A stretch of 19,674 bases of DNA. Origin: Candidatus Dormiibacterota bacterium (GTDB taxonomy: Bacteria; Chloroflexota; Dormibacteria; Aeolococcales; Aeolococcaceae). The notes under the pieces are model-generated. The model saw only the letters and a program-made list of their open reading frames with translations. It was not told the origin of the DNA and ran no database searches. Positions 8,131-15,739 of the stretch are shown piece by piece; position 1 is the first letter of the stretch; each line of letters starts with the position of its first letter. The position numbers and the translations under genes were made by a program. Location: the NCBI GenBank assembly GCA_003142035.1, contig PLOF01000109.1, positions 1-19,674 of the forward strand. The letters are read 5' to 3'.

Positions 8131-8156
8131 GTGGGCGCCCCCTAGGGGGCGCCCAC
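8131..8156 (+). terminator. Perfect 26-bp palindrome GTGGGCGCCCCCTAGGGGGCGCCCAC, a GC-rich hairpin 27 nt downstream of the permease stop. It is a likely intrinsic (actinobacterial, U-tract-poor) terminator or a protein-binding palindrome.
   Basis: The exact reverse-complement symmetry is seen directly. The stem is 11–12 bp with a CTAG centre. No T-tract follows. Confidence 0.5.
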
Positions 8157-8243
8157 CCTCCGCCTGACCCAGATCACAGCCCGCTCGGGTGACTATGCTT
8201 GTCGGCGCAAGATGCCGGACGGAGTTGGAGGCCTCGGCTCACG

Positions 8244-9020
8244 GTGACAACGGCACAGGCGCGGCGCGACTGCATCGCCAAGATGGTCGAGGAGCGCGAT
8301 ACTCTCAGTGTCACCGAACTGATGACTCAGTTCGGGGTCACCGACACCTCGATTCGCCACGACCTCACCCTGCTCGAGGACGCCGGTAAGCTTCGGCGGG
8401 TTCGCGGCGGCGCGGTGAGCCGGGCCAGCGCGCGGCTCACCGGCTTCTTCCCGGCCCGGGACCGGGAGCACCCGCTCGAGAAGCGGCGCATCGGCCTCGC
8501 CGCGGCCGGCCTGGTCCAGGCCGGCAACGTGGTTCTCTTCGATTCCGGCACCACGGTGACCGAGATCGCCGCTCACATCCCCGGGGTGTTGCGCGCCCCG
8601 CACAGCATCACCATGGTCACCAGCTCGCTGCCCGTCATCCAGGAGGTCGGGACCTGGGAGCAGCCCCATCTCATCTGCCTTGGTGGCCTCTACCTCCCCG
8701 ACTACCAGGCCTCGGTCGGCCCGGTGACCTTGGGCAACCTGCGCGAGCTCTCCGCCGATCTCGCCTTCCTGGGCTGCGACGGGCTGACCGTCGAGGGCGG
8801 CCTGAGCACCCCCCACATGCTGATGGCCGAGGTCGGTGCCGCCATGGCGGCGCGGGCACGCCGGGTGGTGGCGGTGGCGGACTCGTCCAAGCTGGGTCGG
8901 GCGGGGTTCACCCCCATCGTTGGTCTGGACGCGATCAACGTGCTGGTCACGGACGACGGTGCCGACGCCGAGCTGGTCGCCCAGATCCGCGAGCTCGGCA
9001 TCGAGGTGGTGCTGGCGTAG
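8244..9020 (+). CDS. DeoR/GlpR-family transcriptional regulator (N-terminal HTH and C-terminal sugar-phosphate-binding DeoR-C domain)
   Basis: N-terminus AQARRDCIAKMVEERDTLSVTELMTQFGVTDTSIRHDLTLLEDAGKLRRVRGGA is the canonical DeoR HTH and its following segment. The C-terminal VVLFDSGTTV and FLGCDGL are DeoR-C hallmarks. The start is uncertain: GTG 8244 is chosen, and the six-frame ORF begins at TTG 8199 and an in-frame ATG at 8283 are alternatives. Confidence 0.8.
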   Translation: MTTAQARRDCIAKMVEERDTLSVTELMTQFGVTDTSIRHDLTLLEDAGKLRRVRGGAVSRASARLTGFFPARDREHPLEKRRIGLAAAGLVQAGNVVLFDSGTTVTEIAAHIPGVLRAPHSITMVTSSLPVIQEVGTWEQPHLICLGGLYLPDYQASVGPVTLGNLRELSADLAFLGCDGLTVEGGLSTPHMLMAEVGAAMAARARRVVAVADSSKLGRAGFTPIVGLDAINVLVTDDGADAELVAQIRELGIEVVLA

Positions 9021-9082
9021 TCCGACCGGTGCCGGGGGCGGTCGCGACCCTCGGATCGGGAGCTGGCGCCGATAATCGGCTC

Positions 9083-10033
9083 ATGGCGTCGGATGGTTCC
9101 GGTTGGGGCGCCCCCGCGGTGCTCCGGCACTCGCTCCTCTGGGCATCGCGGCGACGCGGCGTGCAGCAGGTCGTCTCCCGGGCGCCGCTCACCCGACGCC
9201 TGGTCCACCGCTTCGTGGCCGGCGAGAACCTGGCCGGCGCGGTCCCGGCGGTTCGGCGGCTGACCGGCCGGGGCCTCTCCGTGACCGTCGATCACCTCGG
9301 CGAGGACACCCACGACGCTGCCGGCGCCAGGGCGGCGGTCGCGGTGCACCGCGCGCTGATCGCGCAGCTCGCGGCCGAGGGGCTGGCGCCGCGCGCCGAG
9401 GTGTCGCTCAAGCTCTCCTCGCTTGGTCAGAGTTTGGATGGCGAGCTGGCCTTCGAGAACGCGCTTGAGGTTTGCCGGGCGGCGGCCGGGGTGGGGATGC
9501 CGGTGACCATCGACATGGAGGACCACACCACAACCGACTCGACGCTCGGCATCGGTATCCGGCTGCGCGCCGAGCACCCATCGACCGGCCTGGTTGTCCA
9601 GGCGTCGCTCCGCCGCTCCGAGGCCGACTGTCGCGTCCTCGCCCATCCCGGCTCCCGCATCCGGCTCTGCAAGGGCGCCTATCAGGAGACGGCGGTCCGG
9701 GCCTGGCAGCGGCGGAACGACATCCGTGCCGCCTACCTCCGGTGCCTGCGCATCCTGCTCGACGGGGGTGCGACGCCACTCATCGCCACCCATGATCCGG
9801 CGCTGATCGACGCCTGCCACCGGCTCATCGCGGTGCGCGGTGGCCCTGCCCACGAGCACCAGATGCTCTTCGGGATTCGCGCTGACGAGCAGGCCCGGCT
9901 GGTCATCGCCGGGGAGGAGGTCCGCATCTACGTGCCCTTCGGCGAACGGTGGTACCCGTACCTGACGCGCCGGATGGCGGAGCGGCCGGCGAATCTGGCC
10001 CTGGTGCTCCGCGCGCTGGCGGGCGGTGGGTGA
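9083..10033 (+). CDS. Proline dehydrogenase (monofunctional ProDH / PutA catalytic-domain family)
   Basis: RLVHRFVAGENLAGAVPAVRRLTGRGLSVTVDHLGE, ...IDMEDH... and ...IRLCKGAY... match the ProDH FAD-dependent TIM-barrel signature regions. The length (about 316 aa) fits monofunctional actinobacterial ProDH. The ATG at 9083 was chosen; the in-frame GTG at 9029 is an alternative. Confidence 0.8.
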   Translation: MASDGSGWGAPAVLRHSLLWASRRRGVQQVVSRAPLTRRLVHRFVAGENLAGAVPAVRRLTGRGLSVTVDHLGEDTHDAAGARAAVAVHRALIAQLAAEGLAPRAEVSLKLSSLGQSLDGELAFENALEVCRAAAGVGMPVTIDMEDHTTTDSTLGIGIRLRAEHPSTGLVVQASLRRSEADCRVLAHPGSRIRLCKGAYQETAVRAWQRRNDIRAAYLRCLRILLDGGATPLIATHDPALIDACHRLIAVRGGPAHEHQMLFGIRADEQARLVIAGEEVRIYVPFGERWYPYLTRRMAERPANLALVLRALAGGG

Positions 10034-10066
10034 TTCTGCTGGTCGGGAACTGGGTCGGAGTCGAGG

Positions 10067-10942
10067 CTAGGCGCGCACCCTGCGCAGCGACCCGAGCGTA
10101 CGGCGGACGCCCGCCAGCCGCTCCTCGTTCCACTCAATCGTGGTGTCAGGTTCGAGGAAGGCGAAGGCGATGCTTGCGGCGGTGAGTCCCGCCTGCGACC
10201 ATTCGGCTGTCTGGGCCGCTCCGAAGGGTCGGGCCTGGACGCGCTGCGATGCGATCTCGGGGGTGGCGAGGGCCATGATCACGAGCCCCCGGACGGTGGC
10301 GCTGGCGAGCGTCGCGATCATCTCGAAGCTGCCCTGGACCTCCGGGCGGAGCCGGTAGCCGAGCAGCCCTGCCAGTTGCTGCCAGGCGCTGGCGATTCGG
10401 CTGATGAAGCCCCTCTCGGAACTGGCCAGGGCGGCCTGCAAGGCGCTTCTCAGTTTCTCGTCGACGACGCTCAGGAAACTCGCATGCAGGGCGAGGTAGG
10501 TGCGCCACTCCGTCGAGCCCAGCATGGTCTCGAAGTCGTTGAGCGCTCCGCGCCGGATCAGCTCCAAGACGAGGTCTCGGCGACCGTCCGCCGTCTCCAG
10601 CCAGTCGGAGTGCGCCAGTGCGATGGCCCGGATCGAGACGGCGGCGGCCTCGAAACCCGAAACGGCGGCGGGGCGCGCCGCTCGGGCCAGCTCCTTCAGG
10701 AGGTCGCTGTAGAAGAGGTCCTTGTACGGCCAGCGGCGGTAGGCGGCACTGCGCGAGACACCGGCCTGCTGGATCACCTCCTCGAAGCTGATGTGGTCGA
10801 GGCTCACGGTCAGGCCGGAGCCATTGATCAGCGACGTGGCCGTGTGCAGCATCCGCCGCTCGGTCTCCTGGTCCGAGAGCCGGGGCCGCCGCGCGAGCCC
10901 GAGGGGGCCTTGCGCGACCGCTCCCGCGGCAGTGACCTTCAT
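10067..10942 (-). CDS. TetR-family transcriptional regulator, unusually long at about 291 aa, divergent from the oleate hydratase gene
   Basis: The HTH region GLTVSLDHISFEEVIQQAGVSRSAAYRRWPYKDLFYSDLL is a typical TetR N-terminal domain. The ATG at 10942 (MKVT...) was chosen; the six-frame ORF extends to 10993. Confidence 0.8.
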   Translation of the reverse strand: MKVTAAGAVAQGPLGLARRPRLSDQETERRMLHTATSLINGSGLTVSLDHISFEEVIQQAGVSRSAAYRRWPYKDLFYSDLLKELARAARPAAVSGFEAAAVSIRAIALAHSDWLETADGRRDLVLELIRRGALNDFETMLGSTEWRTYLALHASFLSVVDEKLRSALQAALASSERGFISRIASAWQQLAGLLGYRLRPEVQGSFEMIATLASATVRGLVIMALATPEIASQRVQARPFGAAQTAEWSQAGLTAASIAFAFLEPDTTIEWNEERLAGVRRTLGSLRRVRA

Positions 10943-11121
10943 CGAGATATGATATTCCAAATTTCGAGTCTGGAGTTTCTCGGAGCTTACCACCGGACAG
11001 CTGGACGAGACCGGAGTTCCGACGCCGGAGCGGCCGGGCCCTGCACGAGCGAGACGGCTGTTAGCTCCTTTCTCGTCCCCATGCGATACCGACCACGCTC
11101 GATTCGGAGCTCAAACGAGGA
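10943..11121. promoter_or_regulatory. Divergent TetR/oleate-hydratase intergenic region with a locally AT-rich segment (gagatatgatattccaaatttcgag). It probably holds both promoters and the TetR operator.
   Basis: Divergent gene arrangement; the local AT-rich tract in a 70% GC background and the GATAT direct repeat were seen in the sequence. Confidence 0.3.
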
Positions 11122-12744
11122 ATGATGACCTTGACCACACATGCTGCGAGGACAGGTAGCAACGATCATCTGTGGATTGTCGGCGGCGGCATCGCGGGCA
11201 TGGCGGCCGCGGCCGTTGCGATCCGTGACGCGGGTTTGCCCGGCGAGCGCATCCACATCCTCGAGGAGCTGGGCTTGGATGGTGGCTCGCTCGACGGAGC
11301 CATATCTCCGCTGGAGCCTGGCGCTTTCGTGAGCCGTGGCGGGCGGATGCTCGAGGAGGAGGCGTACCGGTTGGTGTGGGACCTCTTCTCGACCATCCCC
11401 TCCCTCTCCGACCCGTCGATGAGCGTCAAGGACGAGATCTGGGCGTTCAATGCACGCGTCAAGACGGACGCGCGGGCTCGGTTGGTCGATGCCCATCACC
11501 ACATCCTCGATGCCACCGACTACGGGTTCTCCGTCCGGGACCGGGCCGACGTGCTCCGGGTCATCGCCACACCCGAGGCGCTGCTCGGAAGCAAACGCAT
11601 CGACGAGATGTTCAACCCGCACTTCTTCACCACTCACTTCTGGCAGATGTGGCGCACCACCTTCGCCTTCCAGAAGTGGCACTCCGCCGCCGAGCTGCGC
11701 CGCTACTTCCGCCGGTTCATCCAGGAGTTCTCCCGCATCCACACCCTCGAAGGCGTCCGTCGCACCGTGTACAACCAGTACGACTCGATGGTGGTACCGC
11801 TGCAGCGGTGGCTCCTGGATCACGGCGTCGACGTCCGCTTCGCCACGCGCGTCGTCGACATCGATTTCAGCGGGGCACCTGGCGGGAGAAGGCGGGCCAC
11901 CCGGATCCACTTTGAGAACCCCACGGGCCCCGGGACGATCGAGCTCGGCGCGCACGACTTCACGATCGTGACGATCGGTTCCATCACCGCCGATGCCACC
12001 TATGGGGGCAACGATACCGTCCCCGAGATGATCCGGGACCGCCGGGACCACGGCTGGTCGCTCTGGGACCGGATCTCCAAGAAGGCCCCCGACTTCGGAC
12101 GGCCAATGGCCTTCTACGGCAACATCGATGAGGACAATTGGGAGTCGTTCACGCTCACCCTGCACGGCCGCACGCTCCTCGACCGGATCACCGCTTTCAG
12201 CGGTAACCAGCCTGGCACCGGGGCCCTGACGACCTTTGTGGACTCGGGCTGGCACCTGTCGATCGTGGTGCCGTACCAGCCGCACTTCCGCGACATGCCC
12301 GACGACACCTACACACTGTGGGGCTACGGGTTCACGACCGGCAACGTCGGCGACTACGTCCGCAAGCCGATGCAGCAGGCCACCGGGACCGAGGTCCTCA
12401 CCGAGCTCGTGCACCAGCTGGGTTTCGACGACATTCTCGACGACGTCCTCGCCACCACCGAGGTGACCACGGTGATGATGCCGTATGCGTCGGCACTGTT
12501 CGCCTGCCGCGCTGCCGGTGATCGCCCGAAGGTGGTGCCGGACGGGTCGGAGAACTTCGCCTTCGTGGGCCAGTTCGTCGAGATCCCCAACGACGTCGTC
12601 TTCACCGTCGAGTACTCCATTCACGGCGCCATGATCGCCGTGTACACGCTCTTGGGTGTCGACCGGCAGATCCCACCGATGTACCGGGGACTGCGCGATC
12701 CCGCCGTCGCCACCAAGGCGACGCGCGTCCTCGTGGGGGTGTAA
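11122..12744 (+). CDS. ohyA: Oleate hydratase / MCRA-family FAD-dependent fatty-acid double-bond hydratase
   Basis: 540 aa. It has an N-terminal Rossmann FAD motif WIVGGGIAGMAAA. FVSRGGRMLEEEAY matches the conserved MCRA RGGREM motif. The size and overall pattern are typical of oleate hydratases, which are commonly paired with a TetR regulator. Confidence 0.75.
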   Translation: MMTLTTHAARTGSNDHLWIVGGGIAGMAAAAVAIRDAGLPGERIHILEELGLDGGSLDGAISPLEPGAFVSRGGRMLEEEAYRLVWDLFSTIPSLSDPSMSVKDEIWAFNARVKTDARARLVDAHHHILDATDYGFSVRDRADVLRVIATPEALLGSKRIDEMFNPHFFTTHFWQMWRTTFAFQKWHSAAELRRYFRRFIQEFSRIHTLEGVRRTVYNQYDSMVVPLQRWLLDHGVDVRFATRVVDIDFSGAPGGRRRATRIHFENPTGPGTIELGAHDFTIVTIGSITADATYGGNDTVPEMIRDRRDHGWSLWDRISKKAPDFGRPMAFYGNIDEDNWESFTLTLHGRTLLDRITAFSGNQPGTGALTTFVDSGWHLSIVVPYQPHFRDMPDDTYTLWGYGFTTGNVGDYVRKPMQQATGTEVLTELVHQLGFDDILDDVLATTEVTTVMMPYASALFACRAAGDRPKVVPDGSENFAFVGQFVEIPNDVVFTVEYSIHGAMIAVYTLLGVDRQIPPMYRGLRDPAVATKATRVLVGV

Positions 12745-12776
12745 CCGCCGCAAGCGCGCTGGGCCGGCCCACCCGG

Positions 12777-13835
12777 CTAGAGCTGGTCCGCTGCGGGCCT
12801 GTCCGCATCCTCGGCATGCACCTCAGGGGCCCCCTGGACCGCTGTGGCGTCGATGCGCATGGAGCCGGCCAGCGCCTCCGCGTACGACTTGGTGACCTCC
12901 TGGCTGAGCAGGGCCGGGTCACTGCAGAGGCTCTCGATGTTGCGCTGGTAGAGGACGATCCGCGCGCCGGGGGCGATGTCACGCCGCGCGCCTGCGGCGA
13001 AGTCGCCGCCGAGCATGCTGAGCGGGCCGCTCGTGCCGGCGTACGTGGGATTGAAGAACGAGCAGCGGATGTCGGGGTCGTCGCCCCCGGCCACCGCGGC
13101 TATCCCGGGCAGCATCTCGATCTCCACCACAGGTTGCTGGAAGGCGCCGCGCATGTCGGCCATGGACTCGAGGACCGCACTGTCGACCAGCTTCTGGAAG
13201 TCGGCGTTGCTGAGCCGGACCGGCACGGGCCAGGTGCCGTCCAGCTCGTGGGCCGCCTCGAAATCGGAGCCGCCGGCGGAGGGCGTGTCCGGCGTCTGCC
13301 ACAACTTGGTCTGGCCGCGCAGGCTCCAGGCGGGGGCGAACGTGTTGACCGTGGCGAGCAGGGCGTCGAGGTTGCGCTCGGCCTCCCCGAAGTGGCCCGC
13401 CTTGTACTGGGCGACGCTCAGCCGCCAGAGCGCCTGGGTGGACCGGGGGTGAGCCCGGAGTGCCGTCTCGGCGGCGAGCTGAGCGTCCGCGTAGTGGTGA
13501 AGCCACCAGAGCGCCTCGGAGGCGAGCAGCAGCGCCTGCAGCTGCACCTCGGGTGACGCGTCACCGAGGTGGCGGTGAGCGACGAAGAGCGCCTCGAAGG
13601 GGTGTTTGCGGCAGCTCGCCACGTGCCGTGAGATGACCGCCTCGGCTCGCTCGTCGGCCGCGGCGTCGACGTTCCGGTGCGCCTCGGGAACGTGATTGAG
13701 CCAATGGACGAAGCGCTCCGAGAGGCCGTCGTCGAAGCCGAGCTCCGGAGGCGGCGGGGCGGCGGCATAGCCGGGGCCGGAGTGGTGGCTGGGGTGGTCG
13801 GGCGGAGCGGTCGAGGTGGACATAGGCAGAATCAT
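12777..13835 (-). CDS. Hypothetical protein: Pro/His-rich N-terminus, central TPR-like helical region, C-terminal domain of unknown function
   Basis: 352-aa ORF with high GC3 and a non-degenerate amino-acid composition. The segment ALWRLSVAQYKAGHFGEAERNLDALL looks TPR-like. No catalytic motif was recognised. Confidence 0.55.
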   Translation of the reverse strand: MILPMSTSTAPPDHPSHHSGPGYAAAPPPPELGFDDGLSERFVHWLNHVPEAHRNVDAAADERAEAVISRHVASCRKHPFEALFVAHRHLGDASPEVQLQALLLASEALWWLHHYADAQLAAETALRAHPRSTQALWRLSVAQYKAGHFGEAERNLDALLATVNTFAPAWSLRGQTKLWQTPDTPSAGGSDFEAAHELDGTWPVPVRLSNADFQKLVDSAVLESMADMRGAFQQPVVEIEMLPGIAAVAGGDDPDIRCSFFNPTYAGTSGPLSMLGGDFAAGARRDIAPGARIVLYQRNIESLCSDPALLSQEVTKSYAEALAGSMRIDATAVQGAPEVHAEDADRPAADQL

Positions 13836-13919
13836 GGCCCTACCGGTGGGCGCGTGGTGGTCGGGCTCTTGGGGAGATCGAGGAGACGAGGGCCCGCGCG
13901 CCGGCGGGCTGAGCAGAGG

Positions 13920-14201
13920 TCAGCCGGCCGGGCGGCTCCCCTTGGACCCGTAGTCGAAGAAGCGCTCCGTCGTGTCGCCTGAGGTCCAGGCGGCGCGGAG
14001 CCGCGTCCGCTTCTCCGCCCTGCGCAGGGAGGAGAGGAGCGTGCGGTTGAGTTCGCGGGCGCTTTCGCCCTCGAGGACGGCCTCGATGTGGAAGCCCCCG
14101 GCCATCTCCGTGACACCGGTCGGGAAGACCTGGGCCACGACAGGCCGCACGCGATCCGGGGTGTCGCTGCTCACGTCGGCGACCAGGTGAAAGCTCGGCA
14201 T
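13920..14201 (-). CDS. Small hypothetical protein (93 aa) downstream of the Arc/RHH gene, possibly co-transcribed with it
   Basis: The ORF has a strong GC3 bias and a balanced, globular-looking composition (MPSFHLVADVSSD...GGFHIEAVLEGES...). In contrast, the overlapping opposite-strand ORF is Arg/Ser-rich junk. The SD is weak. Confidence 0.4.
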   Translation of the reverse strand: MPSFHLVADVSSDTPDRVRPVVAQVFPTGVTEMAGGFHIEAVLEGESARELNRTLLSSLRRAEKRTRLRAAWTSGDTTERFFDYGSKGSRPAG

Positions 14202-14270
14202 GACCCCGCAGGGTACACGGGTCAGCCGGTGGTCGCGATGCCCATGAGGACCACCACCCCGCCCCGATCC

Positions 14271-14483
14271 TCACTCATCGCTCGCGTCCGCCTCCCGTGG
14301 CGGCCGGCCCCGCCGCGGGATCGGGCCGGCGCCGGACGGCAGCCGTCCTGCTGCCGCCAGCGCCCGCCTCAGCAGGAATTCGATCTGCGCATTGCTGCTG
14401 CGCAGCTCGTCACCCGCCCAGCGCACCAGCGCGTCACGCACGGCGGGGTCGAGCCGCAGCAGCAGGCTCTTGCGTTCAGCCAC
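14271..14483 (-). CDS. Arc/MetJ-type ribbon-helix-helix DNA-binding protein (widely conserved actinobacterial Arc-family protein)
   Basis: 70 aa. [38 protein letters not shown] is a classic RHH sequence (beta-strand, then helix-turn-helix), followed by a disordered Pro/Arg tail. Confidence 0.75.
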   Translation of the reverse strand: MAERKSLLLRLDPAVRDALVRWAGDELRSSNAQIEFLLRRALAAAGRLPSGAGPIPRRGRPPREADASDE

Positions 14484-14519
14484 AGGGTCGATTCCCCGGT
14501 TACCTTCCGCGCGCTCCCA

Positions 14520-15641
14520 TCAGTTGTACAGGGTGCCGGCGTTGACGATGGGTTGCGTGTTCTGCTCGCTGCAGAGGACCACCAGGAGGTTGGACACCAT
14601 GGACGCCTTGCGCTCCGTGTCCAGATCCACGATCTCGCGCTCCTTGATGCGCGCGAGCGCCATCTCGACCATGCCGACCGCGCCTTCCACGATCGTCTTG
14701 CGGGCGGCGACCACGGCGCTTGCCTGCTGCCGGCGGAGCATCGCCTGGGCGATCTCGGGGGCGAAGGAGAGGCGGGTGAGCCGCGACTCGATGATCTTGA
14801 CCCCGGCGGCGGCCACCCTCTCCGCGATCTCGGCGGTGAGCTGAGTCGTGATCTCCGTGGCGTTGACACGCAGGGAGAGCTGACCATCCTCGTGGGCGTC
14901 GTAGGGGTGGGTGCTGGCCACGTGCCGGACCGCGGTCTCGGTCTGGATGTCGACGAAACGGGCAAAGTCGTCGACCTCGTACAGGGCCTCCGCCGTGTCC
15001 TCGACCTGCCAGACGACCACCGCGGCGATCTCGATGGGGTTGCCGTCGGCGTCGTTGACCTTGGCCACCCCGGTCTCGTAGTTGCGGATACGGGTGGAGA
15101 CCTTGCGCCGCTCGGCGAAGATGTTGACCCAGCAGAGGCCGGGCTGGCGAACGGTGCCCTGGTAGCGACCGAACAGCTGCACCACGCGCGCCTCCCCCGG
15201 CACCACCGGGGTCAGACCGTGAGCCGCGCCCAGGGAGGCGACGATGATCCCGACAGCGGCGCCGATCAGCATGCCGGGGGGAACCTCGCCCCCCAGAGCG
15301 ACGCCGACCACGACCAGGACGGCGGCGGCCACCACCCCCAGCGCGACCAGGGCGAGGACGCCCGCTCCCGGTCCCGCCTCCTTCGTCCGCCTGGTCACGA
15401 AGAGGGCGAAGACGCCGACCAGGAAGGCGACCGCGGCGGCGCCGATGAGCATTCCGAGGGGAGTGCCGCTTCCCGCGTGCTGGCTGAGCAGGATGCCCGC
15501 CACGAAGAGGGCGGCACCGGCCAGCAGCCCCAGCACAATGAGGGCGAGCACGCCCAGGCCGGACGCGGCCCTCTTCGTCCGCTCTGTCATGGTCGCCCGC
15601 GCGACGAACGGGATCTCGCTCTGCGCTGTGTCGACGGTCAT
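14520..15641 (-). CDS. SPFH/band-7 (stomatin/prohibitin-like) membrane protein with a duplicated N-terminal transmembrane module
   Basis: The SPFH core is [61 protein letters not shown]. The N-terminus holds two homologous TM modules of about 50 aa each ([16 protein letters not shown]...PLGMLIGAA and [16 protein letters not shown]...PPGMLIGAA). A GGAG SD lies 8 nt upstream of the ATG at 15641; an alternative start is at MTERTK (15590). Confidence 0.8.
   Translation of the reverse strand: MTVDTAQSEIPFVARATMTERTKRAASGLGVLALIVLGLLAGAALFVAGILLSQHAGSGTPLGMLIGAAAVAFLVGVFALFVTRRTKEAGPGAGVLALVALGVVAAAVLVVVGVALGGEVPPGMLIGAAVGIIVASLGAAHGLTPVVPGEARVVQLFGRYQGTVRQPGLCWVNIFAERRKVSTRIRNYETGVAKVNDADGNPIEIAAVVVWQVEDTAEALYEVDDFARFVDIQTETAVRHVASTHPYDAHEDGQLSLRVNATEITTQLTAEIAERVAAAGVKIIESRLTRLSFAPEIAQAMLRRQQASAVVAARKTIVEGAVGMVEMALARIKEREIVDLDTERKASMVSNLLVVLCSEQNTQPIVNAGTLYN
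15250..15600 (-). repeat. Intragenic tandem duplication of roughly 150 bp, about 75% identical at the DNA level, encoding the repeated TM module of the SPFH protein
   Basis: Compare ...gagggcgagcacgcccaggccggacgcggccctcttcgtccgctctgtcat with ...cagggcgaggacgcccgctcccggtcccgcctccttcgtccgcctggtcac. The repeat is also evident in the protein sequence. Confidence 0.5.
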
Positions 15642-15739
15642 CTCGCCATCTCCTCGGATGTCTCCCGCCCGGATGGACTCCCGGTCGCTGGAATTGATAC
15701 TATCATAGTGATATCAGATTCCAAGCGGAGGCGCCAGTC
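15642..15739. promoter_or_regulatory. Divergent SPFH/ABC-transporter intergenic region. It has an AT-rich core (ggaattgatactatcatagtgatatcagattcc) containing the palindrome ACTATcATAGT and TGATA direct repeats.
   Basis: Seen directly; this is the only AT-rich tract in the neighbourhood. A GGAGG SD lies 8 nt upstream of the ABC ATPase GTG. Confidence 0.3.

Noticed and set aside
8702-9859. 385-aa minus-strand ORF across the DeoR and ProDH genes
   Set aside because: It is antisense to two motif-supported genes and low complexity.
10987-12753. 588-aa minus-strand ORF antisense to the oleate hydratase gene
   Set aside because: The hydratase frame has FAD and MCRA motifs; the antisense translation is Gly/Asp/Arg/Val-rich with no domains.
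12745-12776. GGGCCGGCCC palindrome between the convergent oleate hydratase and hypothetical genes, as a possible terminator
   Set aside because: Only a 5-bp self-complementary stem with no loop; too short to call.
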